From: an uncultured Candidatus Saccharibacteria bacterium
Lineage (GTDB): Bacteria > Patescibacteriota > Minisyncoccia > Phycocordibacterales > Phycocordibacteraceae
Direction: 5' to 3'
DNA length: 64,000 nt
Assembly: GCA_964446735.1 (NCBI GenBank)
Contig: CAYUQB010000001.1
Span: forward strand, 111,270-175,269
Shown: in pieces, positions 29,872-40,462 of the stretch
Numbering within the stretch: position 1 is the stretch's first letter
Layout of the letters: the number at the start of each line of letters is the position of its first letter
Position numbers and translations under genes: made by a program
The notes under the pieces: generated by a model
What the model was told of the DNA's origin: nothing
Database searches by the model: none
What the model saw: only the letters and a program-made list of their open reading frames with translations

Positions 29872-30891
29872 CTAAATGCGCGCTGGCTCATGCCCGAGTG
29901 AAAGCTCAACCAGATGCGAGAGGAAATCTGGAAACTTTACTCCCACTGCAGCAAGAGACTTTGGTAAGAGCGACTCACTCGTAAGTCCCGGGAGTGTATT
30001 AGTCTCAAGGAAGTAGATACCACGCGGAGAAACAATGAAATCGCTGCGGGAATAGTGGCGAAGTCCTAGTGCTTCGTGCATGACTTTCGCCTGTCGCATC
30101 AGCTCACTACTCTCAGAACGACTGAACCGCCCCGGAACAATCTCGGTAGTCGTACCGTCGTACTTAGCCTGTCGATCAAAGAAGGATGCTGTGGGAGGCG
30201 AGACAATCTCAATGGGAGGGAGCGTGTAAAGCGATTCACCACGTATGTGCTCAACCACCCCAACCGTCGCTTCTTTGCCGCGGATCAACTCCTCAACCAG
30301 AACCCCTGAAGAGCCTGACAGAATAGCTTGTATCGCTTCCTGTACCGGCAGATACCCACCAACGATGGATACCCCAACCGAGGAACCAAGCGATACCGGC
30401 TTCACCACTACTGGCTGATGGAAGGTGCGAATAATATGGTGCACCGCAGCATCAACATCACTTCCCGGCTCTACCAAATGATACTTAGGAGTCATCAGTC
30501 CCGCGTGAAGTGCTCGTTCCTTGGTCAGCACCTTATGCATCGCAATGGACGACGTAAGTGAATCAGCGCCCGTGTACGGGACCCCGTATCGTTCAAGGAG
30601 GCGCTGTACCGTCCCATCTTCTCCATATTCACCATGAAGCCCGATAACAACCGTGTCGACGGTAGGGAGCACCCGTTCCGGAGCAGTCGGAACGCCACGC
30701 TCATGCCAGATGCCCTGGCGATCTATATAAATATCTCGAACCGTATACCGTTCCTCCGGAAGATGCGTGAGAATCGCATGCCCCGTCTGGAGCGATACAT
30801 CATGCTCGCTCGAAGGTCCACCCCGCAGGACTCCGACAACGGTGCCACGCATGTAGGTGAGTATATCAGGAACTATCGCGGCCACTTCCAA
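29872..30891 (-). CDS. ddl: D-alanine--D-alanine ligase
   Basis: ATP-grasp motifs and N-terminal VGVLRGGPSSEHDVS. The true start may be the internal MRGTVVGV at about 30852. Confidence 0.85.
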   Translation of the reverse strand: MEVAAIVPDILTYMRGTVVGVLRGGPSSEHDVSLQTGHAILTHLPEERYTVRDIYIDRQGIWHERGVPTAPERVLPTVDTVVIGLHGEYGEDGTVQRLLERYGVPYTGADSLTSSIAMHKVLTKERALHAGLMTPKYHLVEPGSDVDAAVHHIIRTFHQPVVVKPVSLGSSVGVSIVGGYLPVQEAIQAILSGSSGVLVEELIRGKEATVGVVEHIRGESLYTLPPIEIVSPPTASFFDRQAKYDGTTTEIVPGRFSRSESSELMRQAKVMHEALGLRHYSRSDFIVSPRGIYFLETNTLPGLTSESLLPKSLAAVGVKFPDFLSHLVELSLGHEPARI

Positions 30892-30914
30892 GCGGAAGTG
30901 GCCGGCGAACAGAT

Positions 30915-31283
30915 TTAGGGTTGGGGAAGAAGCGCCCGAAGCTGGGACTCGCTCGTCTTGAGCTGCCCGAGCGTGACCCCGAGCCGAGCGAACCCGACCA
31001 GGAGCGACGTGAACGCTTGCTCACCCGCACGTCCGGAAAAGAGCTCCGGCTGCGAGGTGACGAGCGCAACGAACCGATCGCGCAGGCCTTCTGCCTGCAG
31101 CACGTTCGTGTCCGATTCTGGACATGTACAGTGCTCTGCTGGTTCGTATCCCGGCATCGGTGCTCCACACCGAGAGATCAGGCGTTCGATCACTCCGGAT
31201 CGTCCCCCTGCCGGAACCTGTACTTCCGGCAGACCCCAGAACAATTGGCTTTTCATATCAAAACCCCCTCTACTACTCAACAA
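30915..31283 (-). CDS. hypothetical protein (122 aa)
   Basis: A mirror + strand ORF exists. The minus-strand translation is more protein-like. Confidence 0.3.
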   Translation of the reverse strand: MLSSRGGFDMKSQLFWGLPEVQVPAGGRSGVIERLISRCGAPMPGYEPAEHCTCPESDTNVLQAEGLRDRFVALVTSQPELFSGRAGEQAFTSLLVGFARLGVTLGQLKTSESQLRALLPQP

Positions 31284-31433
31284 CTATGAGCAAGCAAATC
31301 ACGCCCTGTGCCCTGACGCAAACGTACTTATGCACGTGGCTGTCAGGGACGATTTTGAAACCTTTTCCTGACAACGGACCTAATCTACCCTCACCGACTT
31401 TCTTAGCTAGCGCGGGGAACTTATGTGAGGGTT

Positions 31434-31910
31434 CTATTGCTTTGATGTAGGTTCCTCAGCAAGATAAATCTTCTTAATAGAATCGGCAGGAACAAAATAG
31501 GTTAGTCCGCTTGCACCAATTTGCCCACCATAAGTAAAGATGATGTACTCTGTAGCGTCTTCCTGGGCTGTCCTTTTATCGAATTCAGCTTTGGGGGTTG
31601 GATCTACTGCTGACTGTCCCAAGCCAGTTCCCATCGCTAGACGTACACGCCCTGTCTTTGTGTAAGCCTCTCCTGGTCCATATACCGGGTCTCCATAGGT
31701 ACCTGCGCCTTCCATGGGATTAACAACGGCTTCGATCTTTACAAGCGGATAGTCCTCAGGGAACTTTTTGTGCTCCCGCCCCTTTTCTTTCCAGGCCTCG
31801 GTGGCTGTTCGGAGCTCCTCCAAGCTAACTTCCTTCCAGGTCGGCTCTTTTTCAGCCTTATTGCTTTCACGTTTGCCGAAAAGATTATTGGGGAACTTGC
31901 CAAAAGCCAT
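31434..31910 (-). CDS. hypothetical protein (158 aa)
   Basis: Clean ORF with no family recognised. Confidence 0.5.
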   Translation of the reverse strand: MAFGKFPNNLFGKRESNKAEKEPTWKEVSLEELRTATEAWKEKGREHKKFPEDYPLVKIEAVVNPMEGAGTYGDPVYGPGEAYTKTGRVRLAMGTGLGQSAVDPTPKAEFDKRTAQEDATEYIIFTYGGQIGASGLTYFVPADSIKKIYLAEEPTSKQ

Positions 31911-31983
31911 AAATATCAGTCGTTAGTGCTATGCCAAAAGCATAGCATGCTGTGCAACTCGTCAAGTAGATGGAGTATAGACT

Positions 31984-33297
31984 TTAGTGTCCCCTGTCAT
32001 GAGTGATGATATGGACTGCCTTCGGAAGCTTCGAACGAGCCTTCCGGTGCAGAGCCAAGGAGAAGCGATGCGCCTCACTATTCGCGAGCACCGCGTCCGC
32101 ATCACACACGCCAGCGCGTTGTCCACCGAGTACCTCTCGTGGCCGATGGCGCTCATCTTTAACGACCGCAACCACTGGAATACCCACACCGAACTCACGC
32201 AGCACTTCTTCTGCCTTCTTCTTATGCGTCTTTCCCCCATCCACCACGAACGCCCGAGGCAGTGGCCACTCCGGATGTCCTAGTCTGCGTGAGAGAATCT
32301 CTTTCAATGACGCAATATCGTCATTGAGCGACTTTCCTCCCATGCCCCGAATACGGAAGGTGCGATAGTCGGACTTCACAGGGGAACCGTTTTCAATGAC
32401 GGTCATAACTCCAATCGCGTTGGTACCAGAAATATGTGCAGTGTCGTATGCCTCAATACGCGGTCCGGTATCTTCTTTTCGATGTTCATCTTTGATAAGG
32501 GACACATCTTGCACATGATCGAGCGCAAACAGCTGATTACGTATGGTTGCAGCGTCCTCAAACAGTTCAGCTTTCACTGCCGCCTTCATATCCTTGGTGA
32601 GTTGAGTGCGAAGCGCTTTAACGCGCCCTGAAAGAAAGAGTGAGACATTACGAATGCTCTTCATATACGCAGTGCGGTCCATGTCTCGTGGGTACTGCCC
32701 GATCTGACGATTGAACTCAACCTTCGCTTGTAAATGCTTATTCCCGCCATCCACACGCCTCCCTAACCCCTTCGTATCCGGAACTATGGGACGGGGTGTG
32801 TCGTAGAACGGGAAGATGCGACGAATCAGTCGGAGAGCCTCACGAAGTTGATATCCGGAAGGGAACGGGCCATGAATGGCTTTCAGTGCAAGTGTTCCTG
32901 ATCGACTCTTCTTGAAGTCGATATCTTTACCACGTATTGCAAGCACCCGTGGTATTTCTTCATCGGTAATAACGGCGTAGAGAAATGTCTTATCATCCTT
33001 ACCCATCGCGTTGGCTGGTGGGTTGTGCTCACGTATGAGGGCAGCCTCACGCACGAGCGCCTCGAGCACTGTGGGCGTAGTCTCGTGCAAAAGTCCGTCA
33101 GCAACCGTGACCATGTCGACCAGCCGGGGGCCACGTGTCGCAATGAGGTCATCGTCGAAATACGAGCGCACGCGATCACGAAGGGAAGTCGCCTTACCTA
33201 CATAGAGCACCTTCTTCGACTTCCCTGTACCTCTGGTGAACAAATAGACGCCGGGGCAGTCAGGAAGATCGTATTTCTTTACATCTTCGCGCTGCAT
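31984..33297 (-). CDS. uvrC: excinuclease ABC subunit C-like, short form lacking C-terminal HhH
   Basis: N-terminal GIY-YIG (PGVYLF...VLYVGKA...RVRSYF), UVR-like helix (IRNQLFALDHV) and RNaseH-like ...VVDGGK... domain. Ends at 437 aa. Confidence 0.7.
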   Translation of the reverse strand: MQREDVKKYDLPDCPGVYLFTRGTGKSKKVLYVGKATSLRDRVRSYFDDDLIATRGPRLVDMVTVADGLLHETTPTVLEALVREAALIREHNPPANAMGKDDKTFLYAVITDEEIPRVLAIRGKDIDFKKSRSGTLALKAIHGPFPSGYQLREALRLIRRIFPFYDTPRPIVPDTKGLGRRVDGGNKHLQAKVEFNRQIGQYPRDMDRTAYMKSIRNVSLFLSGRVKALRTQLTKDMKAAVKAELFEDAATIRNQLFALDHVQDVSLIKDEHRKEDTGPRIEAYDTAHISGTNAIGVMTVIENGSPVKSDYRTFRIRGMGGKSLNDDIASLKEILSRRLGHPEWPLPRAFVVDGGKTHKKKAEEVLREFGVGIPVVAVVKDERHRPREVLGGQRAGVCDADAVLANSEAHRFSLALHRKARSKLPKAVHIITHDRGH

Positions 33298-33301
33298 AGG
33301 C

Positions 33302-35956
33302 CTACGTCTTCTTTGCGCTGCGTTTCGCCTTCTTCAGCATCTTTGCAAGATACTGCCCGGTGTAGGAGCTCTCCACATCTGCAACTTCTTCTGGGGTGCC
33401 CTTTGCAATCACTTTCCCTCCACCCACTCCCCCTTCGGGACCAAAATCAATGAGCCAGTCTGCAGACTTAATCACGTCCAAATTATGCTCGATGACTACG
33501 ACGGTATTCCCGCGTCGTACCAGCTCCTGGAGGATATCGATGAGCTTGCGAACGTCCTCGTAGTGGAGTCCCACCGTAGGTTCATCGAGTAGGTAGAGCG
33601 TCTTCATCGTCGTAGGACGATAAAGCTCGGACGCAATCTTCACTCGTTGTGCTTCGCCACCTGAAAGGGTTGTGGCTGACTGACCGAGCGTCAGGTATTC
33701 AAGCCCTGTTGAGTTAAGGGTCTGCAGACGTTCAGCAATGGCGGGAATGTCCTTGAAGAATACTTCCGCTTCTTCAATGGTCATCTGGAGCACGTCATAG
33801 ATGTTCTTACCACGGTATCGGACCTCAAGCGTCTCTTTCATGAACCGCGTGCCGTTGCAGACATCACAGGTGACATACACCGTCGGAAGGAAGTGCATCT
33901 CGACAGCAATCGTTCCGTTACCCTGGCACGCCTCGCATCGCCCGCCTGCGACGTTGAACGAAAACCGCCCTGGCTTCCAGCCACGTGCACGTGCTTCGCT
34001 CGTTGCCGAGAACAGATCTCGAATATGCGTGAATGCTCCGGTATACGTAGCAGGATTAGAGCGTGGGGTACGTCCGATAGGAGACTGATCAATCAGTACT
34101 GTACGCCCGATATATTCGGTACCCGTCATACTTGCCACATGCTCGAGCTTCACTTCACGCTTGGCAAACCGAGCGGCAACATTACGATGCAGAATGTCGT
34201 AGAGGAACGTGGACTTGCCCGAGCCTGAAACACCCGTAATGCAGACCAGTTTCCCGAGCGGAATATCAACATTCTGATTCTTCAGGTTATGCAGTGTCGC
34301 GCCACGTACCTTGATCTCCCCTTTTTGTGCCGTGCGCCGCTCTTCAGGTACTTCAATCTCATCCTCTCCACGCAAATAGGAAAGGGTCTTTGAACCGCTG
34401 GTATTCTTCTCAGCCGTGAGGAGGTCATCAAGCCATCCTGATGCAATTACTTTTCCACCATGCGTCCCGGCTCCCGGACCAATATCAAGCAAATAGTCAG
34501 ACGCATAGATAGTGTCTTCATCGTGTTCCACCACGAGTATGGTGTTGCCGAGCTCCTTCAGTGATACCAGCGTCTCAATCAACCGGTCATTATCCCGTTG
34601 ATGGAGTCCAATCGTAGGTTCGTCGAGCACATAGAGTGCTCCTACCAGTCCCGTACCCAATTGAGAGGCGAGTCGGATGCGCTGTGCTTCGCCACCAGAA
34701 AGGGTAGCGGCAGAACGGTTGAGGGTCAGATAATCAAGGCCAACATTGAGCATGAATTCGAGACGGCTGGTGATCTCACGAATGATGGGATGTGCGATCT
34801 CGGCACGCATCTCGGAAAGCTCGAGATGATCCATGAAGTCCTTAGCTTCTCGGATAGAAAAGTTCGTGAAATCGACGACATTGATGCCAAGTCCGTTATT
34901 GATCTTCGGGTTCTTCTTACCCGAAAGGTACACGCGCAGCGCTTCAGGGCGGAGTCGCTTCCCTTCACAGACCGGACATACCTCATCAGAGAACAGTGAC
35001 TTGGTACCCAGACCATTACAGTCCGGACATGCTCCGTATGGACTATTAAACGAAAAAAGACGTGGTTCAACTTCAGGGAATGAGACACCATCCTCCGGGC
35101 AAATGAACTTAGCCGAAAGTGTTTCGATAGTTCCATCAGCGTGTCCGATCTTCACCAACCCATCCGCTTCCTTAAGCGCAAGCTCCAGCGCTTCCGAAAG
35201 ACGTTCACGTGCCGCGTCTGGTGTCCGAACGAATTCCGAAACGAAGATGGAGTCCACCTGTGCATCCACGTCATGACGCTTGTTGCGATCAAGCACCACT
35301 TTCTCTCGTAGACTATGCAGCTTGCCGTCGATGACGGCCTTCTCGTACCCTTTCCCCAAGAGGTCGTAGAGGAGCTGATAGTATTCGCCTTTTCGACCAA
35401 CCACCACCGGTGCGTAGATCGTGACGGTGCTGCGATCAAGCGACACGTCCATTACTTTCATGCTTGCTCCCCCGGTCTTCTCCTGAATACGCTTCTGGAT
35501 AAGGCCAATCATTTCTTCCTTGGACAGCTTGCTGATGGGCACATCATGGTTCGTGCAGTACGGCTGGCCGGCACGCGCATATAACACACGCAGGTAGTCA
35601 TATATTTCGGTTACCGTCGCGACCGTGGAGCGCGGATTATTGGATCGTGATTTCTGATCTATGGAAATAGCTGGTGAAAGCCCCGTAATCTCATCAACAT
35701 CTGGCTTCTGCATCTGGTTAAGGAACTGGCGCGCGTATGCCGACAACGACTCAACGTAGCGACGCTGGCCCTCGGCAAAAATTGTATCGAAGGCAAGTGA
35801 TGATTTCCCCGATCCAGAGAGTCCCGTGACCACCGTCATCGCTCCACGAGGGAACTCCACATGGATATTCTTCAGGTTATGGGTACGAGCACCCTTCACG
35901 CGGATCCAATCCTCGCCTTTCGCCTGTTCGTGTTTAGCTGATTTCTTGGTCGCCAT
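33302..35956 (-). CDS. uvrA: excinuclease ABC subunit A
   Basis: Two ABC ATPase modules (GLSGSGKSSLAF; GVSGSGKSTF), zinc-finger cysteines, 884 aa. Confidence 0.95.
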   Translation of the reverse strand: MATKKSAKHEQAKGEDWIRVKGARTHNLKNIHVEFPRGAMTVVTGLSGSGKSSLAFDTIFAEGQRRYVESLSAYARQFLNQMQKPDVDEITGLSPAISIDQKSRSNNPRSTVATVTEIYDYLRVLYARAGQPYCTNHDVPISKLSKEEMIGLIQKRIQEKTGGASMKVMDVSLDRSTVTIYAPVVVGRKGEYYQLLYDLLGKGYEKAVIDGKLHSLREKVVLDRNKRHDVDAQVDSIFVSEFVRTPDAARERLSEALELALKEADGLVKIGHADGTIETLSAKFICPEDGVSFPEVEPRLFSFNSPYGACPDCNGLGTKSLFSDEVCPVCEGKRLRPEALRVYLSGKKNPKINNGLGINVVDFTNFSIREAKDFMDHLELSEMRAEIAHPIIREITSRLEFMLNVGLDYLTLNRSAATLSGGEAQRIRLASQLGTGLVGALYVLDEPTIGLHQRDNDRLIETLVSLKELGNTILVVEHDEDTIYASDYLLDIGPGAGTHGGKVIASGWLDDLLTAEKNTSGSKTLSYLRGEDEIEVPEERRTAQKGEIKVRGATLHNLKNQNVDIPLGKLVCITGVSGSGKSTFLYDILHRNVAARFAKREVKLEHVASMTGTEYIGRTVLIDQSPIGRTPRSNPATYTGAFTHIRDLFSATSEARARGWKPGRFSFNVAGGRCEACQGNGTIAVEMHFLPTVYVTCDVCNGTRFMKETLEVRYRGKNIYDVLQMTIEEAEVFFKDIPAIAERLQTLNSTGLEYLTLGQSATTLSGGEAQRVKIASELYRPTTMKTLYLLDEPTVGLHYEDVRKLIDILQELVRRGNTVVVIEHNLDVIKSADWLIDFGPEGGVGGGKVIAKGTPEEVADVESSYTGQYLAKMLKKAKRSAKKT

Positions 35957-36009
35957 AGATACGGTACGGGCCGATCCGTGGCGGGACCGGTACGTAGGGA
36001 GTATAGCAT

Positions 36010-36768
36010 TTAGCGCTTTTTTGTCCTTTGCGCCTCAGATACTTTCAGCTTGGCACCACGTATGCGTTTAATGAGTACCTGATAAAACTCATCGAATCCG
36101 ATGTTTGTATCGAGCGGCCCTCCCGCTTCTTGATAGATTGTCTCTGCTAACTGCTTTCCTTCAGCTGAGTCATATCGTTCAGCAAGAAGTTGTAGTTTTT
36201 CTTGTAGGCGAGCGAGGCCACGCGCCGTAAGGCGGCGTCGCAGACGTAAATCCGTTTGTTCAGGAGAAAATCCAGCCTCGGCAAAGTCGTGGTAGGTGGA
36301 GGTACCCTCTTCAAGGCGTGAGTTATGTCCTGAACTCGTTGGTTTCAGATCGCGCGTAAAATGGTCTGAATCGTCAGCAACGAGATACAAGAGTTCAAGA
36401 TCAGCGTCTGTCTCCTCTTCCGAAAGCCGTTCTTCGATACGGTCATGCGGCATGCGCTTTGAATAATACTCACCATCACGCTCCACGACGTCTGAGACAT
36501 TGATAATGCCTTTCAGGAGGCGTGCAACGATCTGCTGCAATCGTGGCAAACTTCCGTCGTCGAGCTTGTACCAGGTCTCACCGTCAGCCTCGAGTACCGG
36601 ATTGAGATAGTCGCCTTCACCACGAGAATGAACCGTGCCTACCGATTCCATTCGTCCGCGAGGAGCAAGTGCTGAGTAGTTCGTTGGATCGGCAGCCTCG
36701 TGGGCAGCACGTACTCGTTCAGCCTCTTCGGCTGACACCGGTTTTCGCTCTGGAGCACCTTCAGACAT
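36010..36768 (-). CDS. hypothetical acidic protein (252 aa), co-directional downstream of the response regulator
   Basis: Asp/Glu-rich ORF ending 7 nt before the RR stop region. Confidence 0.5.
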   Translation of the reverse strand: MSEGAPERKPVSAEEAERVRAAHEAADPTNYSALAPRGRMESVGTVHSRGEGDYLNPVLEADGETWYKLDDGSLPRLQQIVARLLKGIINVSDVVERDGEYYSKRMPHDRIEERLSEEETDADLELLYLVADDSDHFTRDLKPTSSGHNSRLEEGTSTYHDFAEAGFSPEQTDLRLRRRLTARGLARLQEKLQLLAERYDSAEGKQLAETIYQEAGGPLDTNIGFDEFYQVLIKRIRGAKLKVSEAQRTKKR

Positions 36769-36774
36769 AGCAGG

Positions 36775-37188
36775 CTAGGCCGTAGGAGTAGTCTCGCCCT
36801 TCACAATTGCCTGTGCACCAAGCATCGTTTCAATCTTTTTAACGATATCCTCGATAGGCACTTCTGCCTTTACCAAATAGTCGTTTGCTCCCATGGAGAT
36901 CGCCTTTTCTTTATCACTCGTCTGCCCAAGATTGGACACGATGATCACCGGGACATTCTTAAGCTCGTCGGTACGTGAGCGGATCTGTTGGAGAACCGTA
37001 AGGCCATCAACCGTGGGAAGCATGATATCGAGCAGCACCAGCTTTGGCCTGTTCTGTTCAATCAGTGCAATAGCTTCATTGCCATCGCTGGCGTAGAGGG
37101 TTTGGTACTTCCCGGCAAGCGTGTGGCCAAGGAGATTCTTCAAAATGGGATCGTCTTCAACGACGAGGATAAACTGTGTTTCCGCCAT
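36775..37188 (-). CDS. stand-alone response-regulator receiver domain (CheY-like)
   Basis: ILVVEDD...LVLLDIMLP...IVSNLG...K, 137 aa with no output domain. Confidence 0.8.
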   Translation of the reverse strand: MAETQFILVVEDDPILKNLLGHTLAGKYQTLYASDGNEAIALIEQNRPKLVLLDIMLPTVDGLTVLQQIRSRTDELKNVPVIIVSNLGQTSDKEKAISMGANDYLVKAEVPIEDIVKKIETMLGAQAIVKGETTPTA

Positions 37189-37214
37189 AGGGCTAGTTTA
37201 GCACCCCGCCATGA

Positions 37215-38312
37215 CTACCCCGCAAGCGCTAGGGATAGCGTAAACGTCGTTCCTGGGCCGTTTTCGTTGGCCTTGAAATTCAAATCCCCACCATGATCAG
37301 TCGCGATAGTGCGGGCGATATAGAGTCCCAACCCATTGCCGGCATTCTCTTTTTGAATCGCATTCTGGGCACGGTAGAAACGTTCGAAGATATTTGCGCG
37401 GTCTCCGGGCTTAATGCCGATGCCAGTGTCCCGGACATGAATGAATATACGACCCGCGCCACCTTCCATGAAGATCTTTACCGAGCCTCCGCCTGGTGTG
37501 TAGCGGATAGCATTCTCAATAAGGTTATTAAGCACCCATTTGATACGCTCCACATCCGCCTTGGCTTTACCAAGCGGTACGTCCGCTTTCTGGTAGATGA
37601 GAGACACATCGTGCGTCTTCGCAAAAGGTTCAAAGTCACGAACCACTTCCTCGAGCACACCGTCCATATCGACCGCATCGAACTTATATCGATACTTACC
37701 TGACTCAATAGAAGAAATGTCCAACAGCGTACCAATGATGGTCACAAGGTCGTGACTCTTCCCCACGGCGCTATCTACCAACGTCTGCTGGTCGGAATTC
37801 AGTCCGCTCTTTTGCAGTGCCTCAAGCGCCCACCGGATGCCGGTCATAGGAGTACGCAATTGATGTGCGGCAGTCGAAATGAAATCGGACTTCATCTGTG
37901 AGACCTCCATATCCCGCTTGTGCACCCGCTCAACGCTATCCGTGAACTCCATAAATACCTCGGCCATCCAGCGCACCTCATTGGTCGTACGCGAGAACGG
38001 CGGAAGTGGTACTTGATGGTTATGCTCCGCAAACTCATGAAGTGCCGACGCAATGTACTTCATAGGCTGGACGATCATGCGGTCGATAACCAGATACAAA
38101 AGCGAGAAGAGAAGCACTATAAGAACAAAGAGTCCAGCACCGGCAACCACGATGATAGAGATCGTGCTGAAAGTGAAATCGAGAACCGAGATAGTCTCGG
38201 GGAGCACCTCACTCAAGAGCATCCAAATGATGCGCAGGGTAAACGCGATGAACCCGAGAATTATCGCGAGTGAAGAGGTAAAGAGAAGAGAGAGCAGAAC
38301 ACGAATGCTCAT
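37215..38312 (-). CDS. sensor histidine kinase
   Basis: Two N-terminal TM helices, HisKA H-box AAHQLRTPMT and HATPase_c motifs (NLIENAIRYT, DTGIGI, GNGLGL). Confidence 0.85.
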   Translation of the reverse strand: MSIRVLLSLLFTSSLAIILGFIAFTLRIIWMLLSEVLPETISVLDFTFSTISIIVVAGAGLFVLIVLLFSLLYLVIDRMIVQPMKYIASALHEFAEHNHQVPLPPFSRTTNEVRWMAEVFMEFTDSVERVHKRDMEVSQMKSDFISTAAHQLRTPMTGIRWALEALQKSGLNSDQQTLVDSAVGKSHDLVTIIGTLLDISSIESGKYRYKFDAVDMDGVLEEVVRDFEPFAKTHDVSLIYQKADVPLGKAKADVERIKWVLNNLIENAIRYTPGGGSVKIFMEGGAGRIFIHVRDTGIGIKPGDRANIFERFYRAQNAIQKENAGNGLGLYIARTIATDHGGDLNFKANENGPGTTFTLSLALAG

Positions 38313-38331
38313 AGGAGCATTCTAGCAACCA

Positions 38332-40395
38332 CTACCGACGTCTGCGCCTTGCGCGTGGGGACGGCGCACCCTTCGGCTCTTTTCCTTCGAGCATATAAAT
38401 CTCATCACGAAGGATGGCAGCGGTCTCAAAGTCGAGTGCCTCCACCGCATCTGCCATCTGTTTTCGCTTTTCGGTAAGGAACACTTCAGGGTTTTCTTTG
38501 TAGAGACGCACGTCGAGTGTCAGGAGTTCTTCGACGGTCTTTTGGTGTTCCGTGCGCAGTGATTCAGCAATATCACGTATCTGCTTCTTCACAGTCTGAG
38601 GCGTAATGCCATGCTCTTGGTTGTACGCAACCTGTATGGCACGGCGGCGATTGGTCTCTCCTATGGCTCGCTCCAAAGAGCCGGTCATCTGATCTGCATA
38701 CAAAATGACCCGTCCAAGCACATTACGCGCTGCTCGTCCGATGGTCTGAATGAGCGAGGTTTCGCTGCGCAGAAACCCTTCCTTATCCGCATCCAGGATG
38801 CCCACCAATTCAACTTCGGGAAGGTCGAGTCCTTCACGCAAAAGATTCACACCAACCAAAATGTCGAATTCTCCCTTGCGAAACGCGGTGAGGATCTCGA
38901 TGCGATCGATGGTCTTAATATCTGAATGTAAGTATTCCGCCTTGATGCTTCGAGCGCGCAGAAACTCAGCCAGGTCTTCGGCCATCTGTTTGGTGAGTGT
39001 GGTTGCAAGTGCACGCCCACCACGTTTGATCACCACCTCCGCTTCCTCAATGAAGTCTGCAACTTGTCCCGGGAATTCTCCTTCCTCGGTAACGGGCCGC
39101 ACGACGAGCTCCGGATCAATAAGTCCCGTTGGACGGATGATCTGTTCAATTACTTGTCCGTGAGGAGGGACGCAATGCTCTCGCTCGTAATTACCCGGGG
39201 TTGCGGAGGTATAGATTACTTGCCCGACACGTGCTTCGAATTCTTCGAACCGAAGCGGTCGGTTATCACGCGCTGAAGGGAGGCGGAAGCCATGCTCAAT
39301 GAGCACATCCTTACGTGAACGATCTCCTGCGTACATACCGCCGATCTGCGAGACCGTCACATGCGACTCATCGATAACGGTAAGGAAGTCGGCAGAACCG
39401 TCAGCACGGTGCGGGAAATAGGAAAGGAGCGTGTGCGGCGGCTCCCCGGGAGCGCGCCCATCGAAGTGTCGGGAGTAGTTCTCAATGCCGCCGGTGTATC
39501 CCACCTCGCGAATCATGGCGAGGTCGTGGAGGGTGCGTCGTTTGAGACGCTCAGCTTCTAGTGGTTTCTCTTCACGTTTCAATACCTCAAGCCGTTCGTC
39601 GAGCTCGCGACGAATATCCTCAATTGCTCGCAGGCGCTCCTCTTCATTTGTGACGAAATGCTTAGCAGGGAAAATGAACAGGGAGTCGGGTTCGCCGGTC
39701 TTTGCGCGTGACACGGGATCGAGTGCATCAATGTGTGCGACTCGATCTCCATCAAAGCTGATCTTATAAATCGCCCGCTCGTTGACTGGCATGATCTCGA
39801 TCGCATTCCCAACTGCTCGTATCTTGCCTGGCTCAAGATCTGCAGTCGTGCGCTCGAAGTAAATATTCACAAGCTTTCGAATGAGAGAGGCGCGATCGCC
39901 TTCCCCACCCACCTGAAGCTTCACATGCACCTTTTCGTACTGCTCTGGAGAACCGAGGCCATAAATAGCAGAGACGGAAGCGACGATGACCACATCCCGA
40001 CGAGTAAGCAGGGCTTGGGTAGCTGCATGACGCAGACGATCAATTTCGGCATTGATCTGTGCCTCTTTCTCAATGTATGTATCGGAGTGAGCGATATACG
40101 CTTCGGGCTGGTAGTAATCGTAATAGGAGACGAAGTAGTGGACTGCGTTCTCTGGAAAGAATTCCCGGTACTCCTGGGCAAGCTGTGCGGCAAGGGTCTT
40201 GTTATGTGCCAGCACCAATGTTGGCTTATCGATGTTGGCGATGACATTCGCGATACTAAACGTCTTACCGCTTCCGGTAACACCAAGAAGCGTCTGATGC
40301 GTGAGCCCCTTCTGAATACCTTCCGTAAGCTTCTCTATGGCTACTGGTTGATCACCCGCTGGCGGAAAGGGTTGGTGGAGCGTGAAATTGGCCAT
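38332..40395 (-). CDS. uvrB: excinuclease ABC subunit B
   Basis: Walker A GVTGSGKTF, helicase motifs and C-terminal UVR domain, 687 aa. Confidence 0.95.
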   Translation of the reverse strand: MANFTLHQPFPPAGDQPVAIEKLTEGIQKGLTHQTLLGVTGSGKTFSIANVIANIDKPTLVLAHNKTLAAQLAQEYREFFPENAVHYFVSYYDYYQPEAYIAHSDTYIEKEAQINAEIDRLRHAATQALLTRRDVVIVASVSAIYGLGSPEQYEKVHVKLQVGGEGDRASLIRKLVNIYFERTTADLEPGKIRAVGNAIEIMPVNERAIYKISFDGDRVAHIDALDPVSRAKTGEPDSLFIFPAKHFVTNEEERLRAIEDIRRELDERLEVLKREEKPLEAERLKRRTLHDLAMIREVGYTGGIENYSRHFDGRAPGEPPHTLLSYFPHRADGSADFLTVIDESHVTVSQIGGMYAGDRSRKDVLIEHGFRLPSARDNRPLRFEEFEARVGQVIYTSATPGNYEREHCVPPHGQVIEQIIRPTGLIDPELVVRPVTEEGEFPGQVADFIEEAEVVIKRGGRALATTLTKQMAEDLAEFLRARSIKAEYLHSDIKTIDRIEILTAFRKGEFDILVGVNLLREGLDLPEVELVGILDADKEGFLRSETSLIQTIGRAARNVLGRVILYADQMTGSLERAIGETNRRRAIQVAYNQEHGITPQTVKKQIRDIAESLRTEHQKTVEELLTLDVRLYKENPEVFLTEKRKQMADAVEALDFETAAILRDEIYMLEGKEPKGAPSPRARRRRR

Positions 40396-40462
40396 GATGG
40401 GACCACCATAGCATATGCACCTATCGGAACTATGAGGGGTATACTGTATCCAGGTTGCCTGT

